This document shows, piece by piece, positions 62,793 to 64,000 of a stretch of DNA of 64,000 nucleotides; positions within the stretch are counted from its first letter, which is position 1; each line of letters begins with the position of its first letter. The DNA is taken from NCBI RefSeq assembly GCF_006345805.1, contig NC_043012.1, positions 744,001 through 808,000 on the forward strand. Reading direction: 5' to 3'. The stretch comes from Octopus sinensis. Lineage: Eukaryota. The notes beneath the pieces were generated by a model. It saw only the letters and a list, made by a program, of their open reading frames with translations, had not been told where the DNA came from and did not search any database. Both the position numbers and the translations under genes were made by a program.

Positions 62793-62990
62793 TCCTTGTG
62801 CCGGCGACATGTAAAAGCACCCACTACACACTCAGAGTGGTTGGCATTAGGAAGGGCATCCAGGTGTAGAAACTTTGCCAGATCAGACTGGAGCTTGGTG
62901 TAGCCTTCTGGCTCGCCAGTCCTCAGTCAAACCGTCCAACCCATGCCAGCATGAAAAGCGGACATTAAACAACGACAACGACGACAATGA
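62793..62990 (+). mobile_element. Family C RTE 3' end
   Basis: ...GGAAGGGCATCCAGG...GAAAAGCGGACATTAAAC, then a GAC/GAT tail. Confidence 0.82.
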
Positions 62991-63026
62991 CGATGATGAT
63001 GTTGATGATGATAGTGATGATGATGA

Positions 63027-63074
<48 letters not shown>

Positions 63075-63078
<4 letters not shown>

Positions 63079-63363
63079 AATTGCAGTGTGGAAGGTGTGT
63101 ATAAGCCATTTAAGAAACATACAAAAACCGTTAGATTCACTTCAACATTTATATTTAAATTGCCAAAATATTTTCGTCACTTTGAGACCGCGACCTGTTC
63201 ACTGACAAAATTCCGGGCTGCATGGAATTTTGTCAGTGAACAGGTCCTGGTTTCAAAGCTATGAAAATGTTTTAGCAAATTAAATTTAAATGTTGAAGTG
63301 AATCTAACGGTTTTTGTGTGTTTCTTAAATGACTTATAAACACCTTAAACGCTGCAATTGTTT
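63075..63363. mobile_element. Foldback element, 140-bp inverted arms, 9-nt loop
   Basis: 63075-63214 pairs with 63224-63363 without net indel; the inner 23 bp GACCTGTTCACTGACAAAATTCC pair perfectly; follows a (TA)n tract. Confidence 0.85.
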
Positions 63364-63436
63364 TCGTTCCAGCACACGATCTCAGATCAGGTCACTTGCT
63401 ATGCAAGTACATCTCCGTGATATATATATATATGTA

Positions 63437-63603
63437 TACTCACGGAGTGGTTGGCGTTAGGAAGGGCATCCAGCCGTAGAAACACTGCCAGATCAGACTG
63501 GGCCTGATGAAGCCTTCCAGCTTCACAGACCCCAGTTGAACCGTCCAACCCATGCTAGCATGGAAAGCGGACGGTAAATGGTGATGATGATGATGATGAT
63601 GAT
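63437..63603 (+). mobile_element. Family C RTE 3' end
   Basis: CACGGAGTGGTTGGCGTTAGGAAGGGCATCC...GGAAAGCGGACGG..(GAT)n. Confidence 0.85.
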
Positions 63604-63640
63604 ATATATATATATAGTGAGTTTGTATTAATTAGTGCTT

Positions 63641-63925
63641 AGGGTGTTGCACTCGTCATCATAAAATTGTGGATTCTATTCCTGGACCAGTTTTGTGCAT
63701 TGCGTTCTTGAGCAAAACACTTCACCTCACATGGGTCTGTGATCACTTTGACATCTGATGAGAGGCACACTTGAGCACCTGTACATGCAATGTCGATTTG
63801 ATTGAGAGAGTGAGATTACGGAAAGCACAAACATCTGATCATTAAGAACAAATCATTTGTGCAGGTCGGCCAGCATGAAATCGCAGAGCCTTCATCTGTC
63901 ATCTATGAGAAGAGAGTCCATGATA
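63641..63925 (+). mobile_element. Diverged tRNA-headed SINE related to family D
   Basis: GTGCTTAGGGTGTTGCACTC...GGATTCTATTCCTGGACC...GTTCTTGAGCAAAACACTTCA. Confidence 0.6.
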
Positions 63926-64000
63926 CATGCACACACACAAACATACACACACATGCACACATGCAAACACACGCATACACACGTGCACACAAGCATGCAC

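Noticed and set aside
63150-63260. Hammerhead in the 63075 foldback
   Set aside because: CTGACAA and CAGTGAA...GACGAAA only loosely resemble the core; no valid three-stem junction could be built.

Overview
AT-rich, microsatellite-saturated eukaryotic DNA. The interspersed repeats look like those I recall from octopus genomes (recalled, not searched). No complete host gene is identifiable, and almost all long ORFs in the track are simple-repeat artefacts. The window holds several tRNA-headed SINE families (my labels A, B, D) and many 5'-truncated 3' ends of an RTE LINE (label C). One RTE copy keeps an RT domain followed by a C4HC3 PHD-like finger. Also present: two R4/Dong-type LINE ends inside (TAA)n arrays, Tc1 and mariner relics, two non-autonomous Helitrons, and Penelope-like (PLE) RT and GIY-YIG fragments. 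Four observations stand out. (1) About ten type I hammerhead-ribozyme motifs, one fully canonical (4517-4576) and one mirrored in a perfect 65-bp-arm palindrome (58137-58268). (2) Two copies of a tRNA-head + (AAT)n + hammerhead-tail element. (3) A 28S rRNA-fragment/SINE chimeric retrocopy bounded by a 16-bp target-site duplication, with its junction near the protostome 28S hidden-break region. (4) A mariner derivative built from two left ends. Three short plus-strand exon candidates are noted at low confidence. All calls come from reading and hand translation; no database searches were run, and SINE boundaries are approximate.
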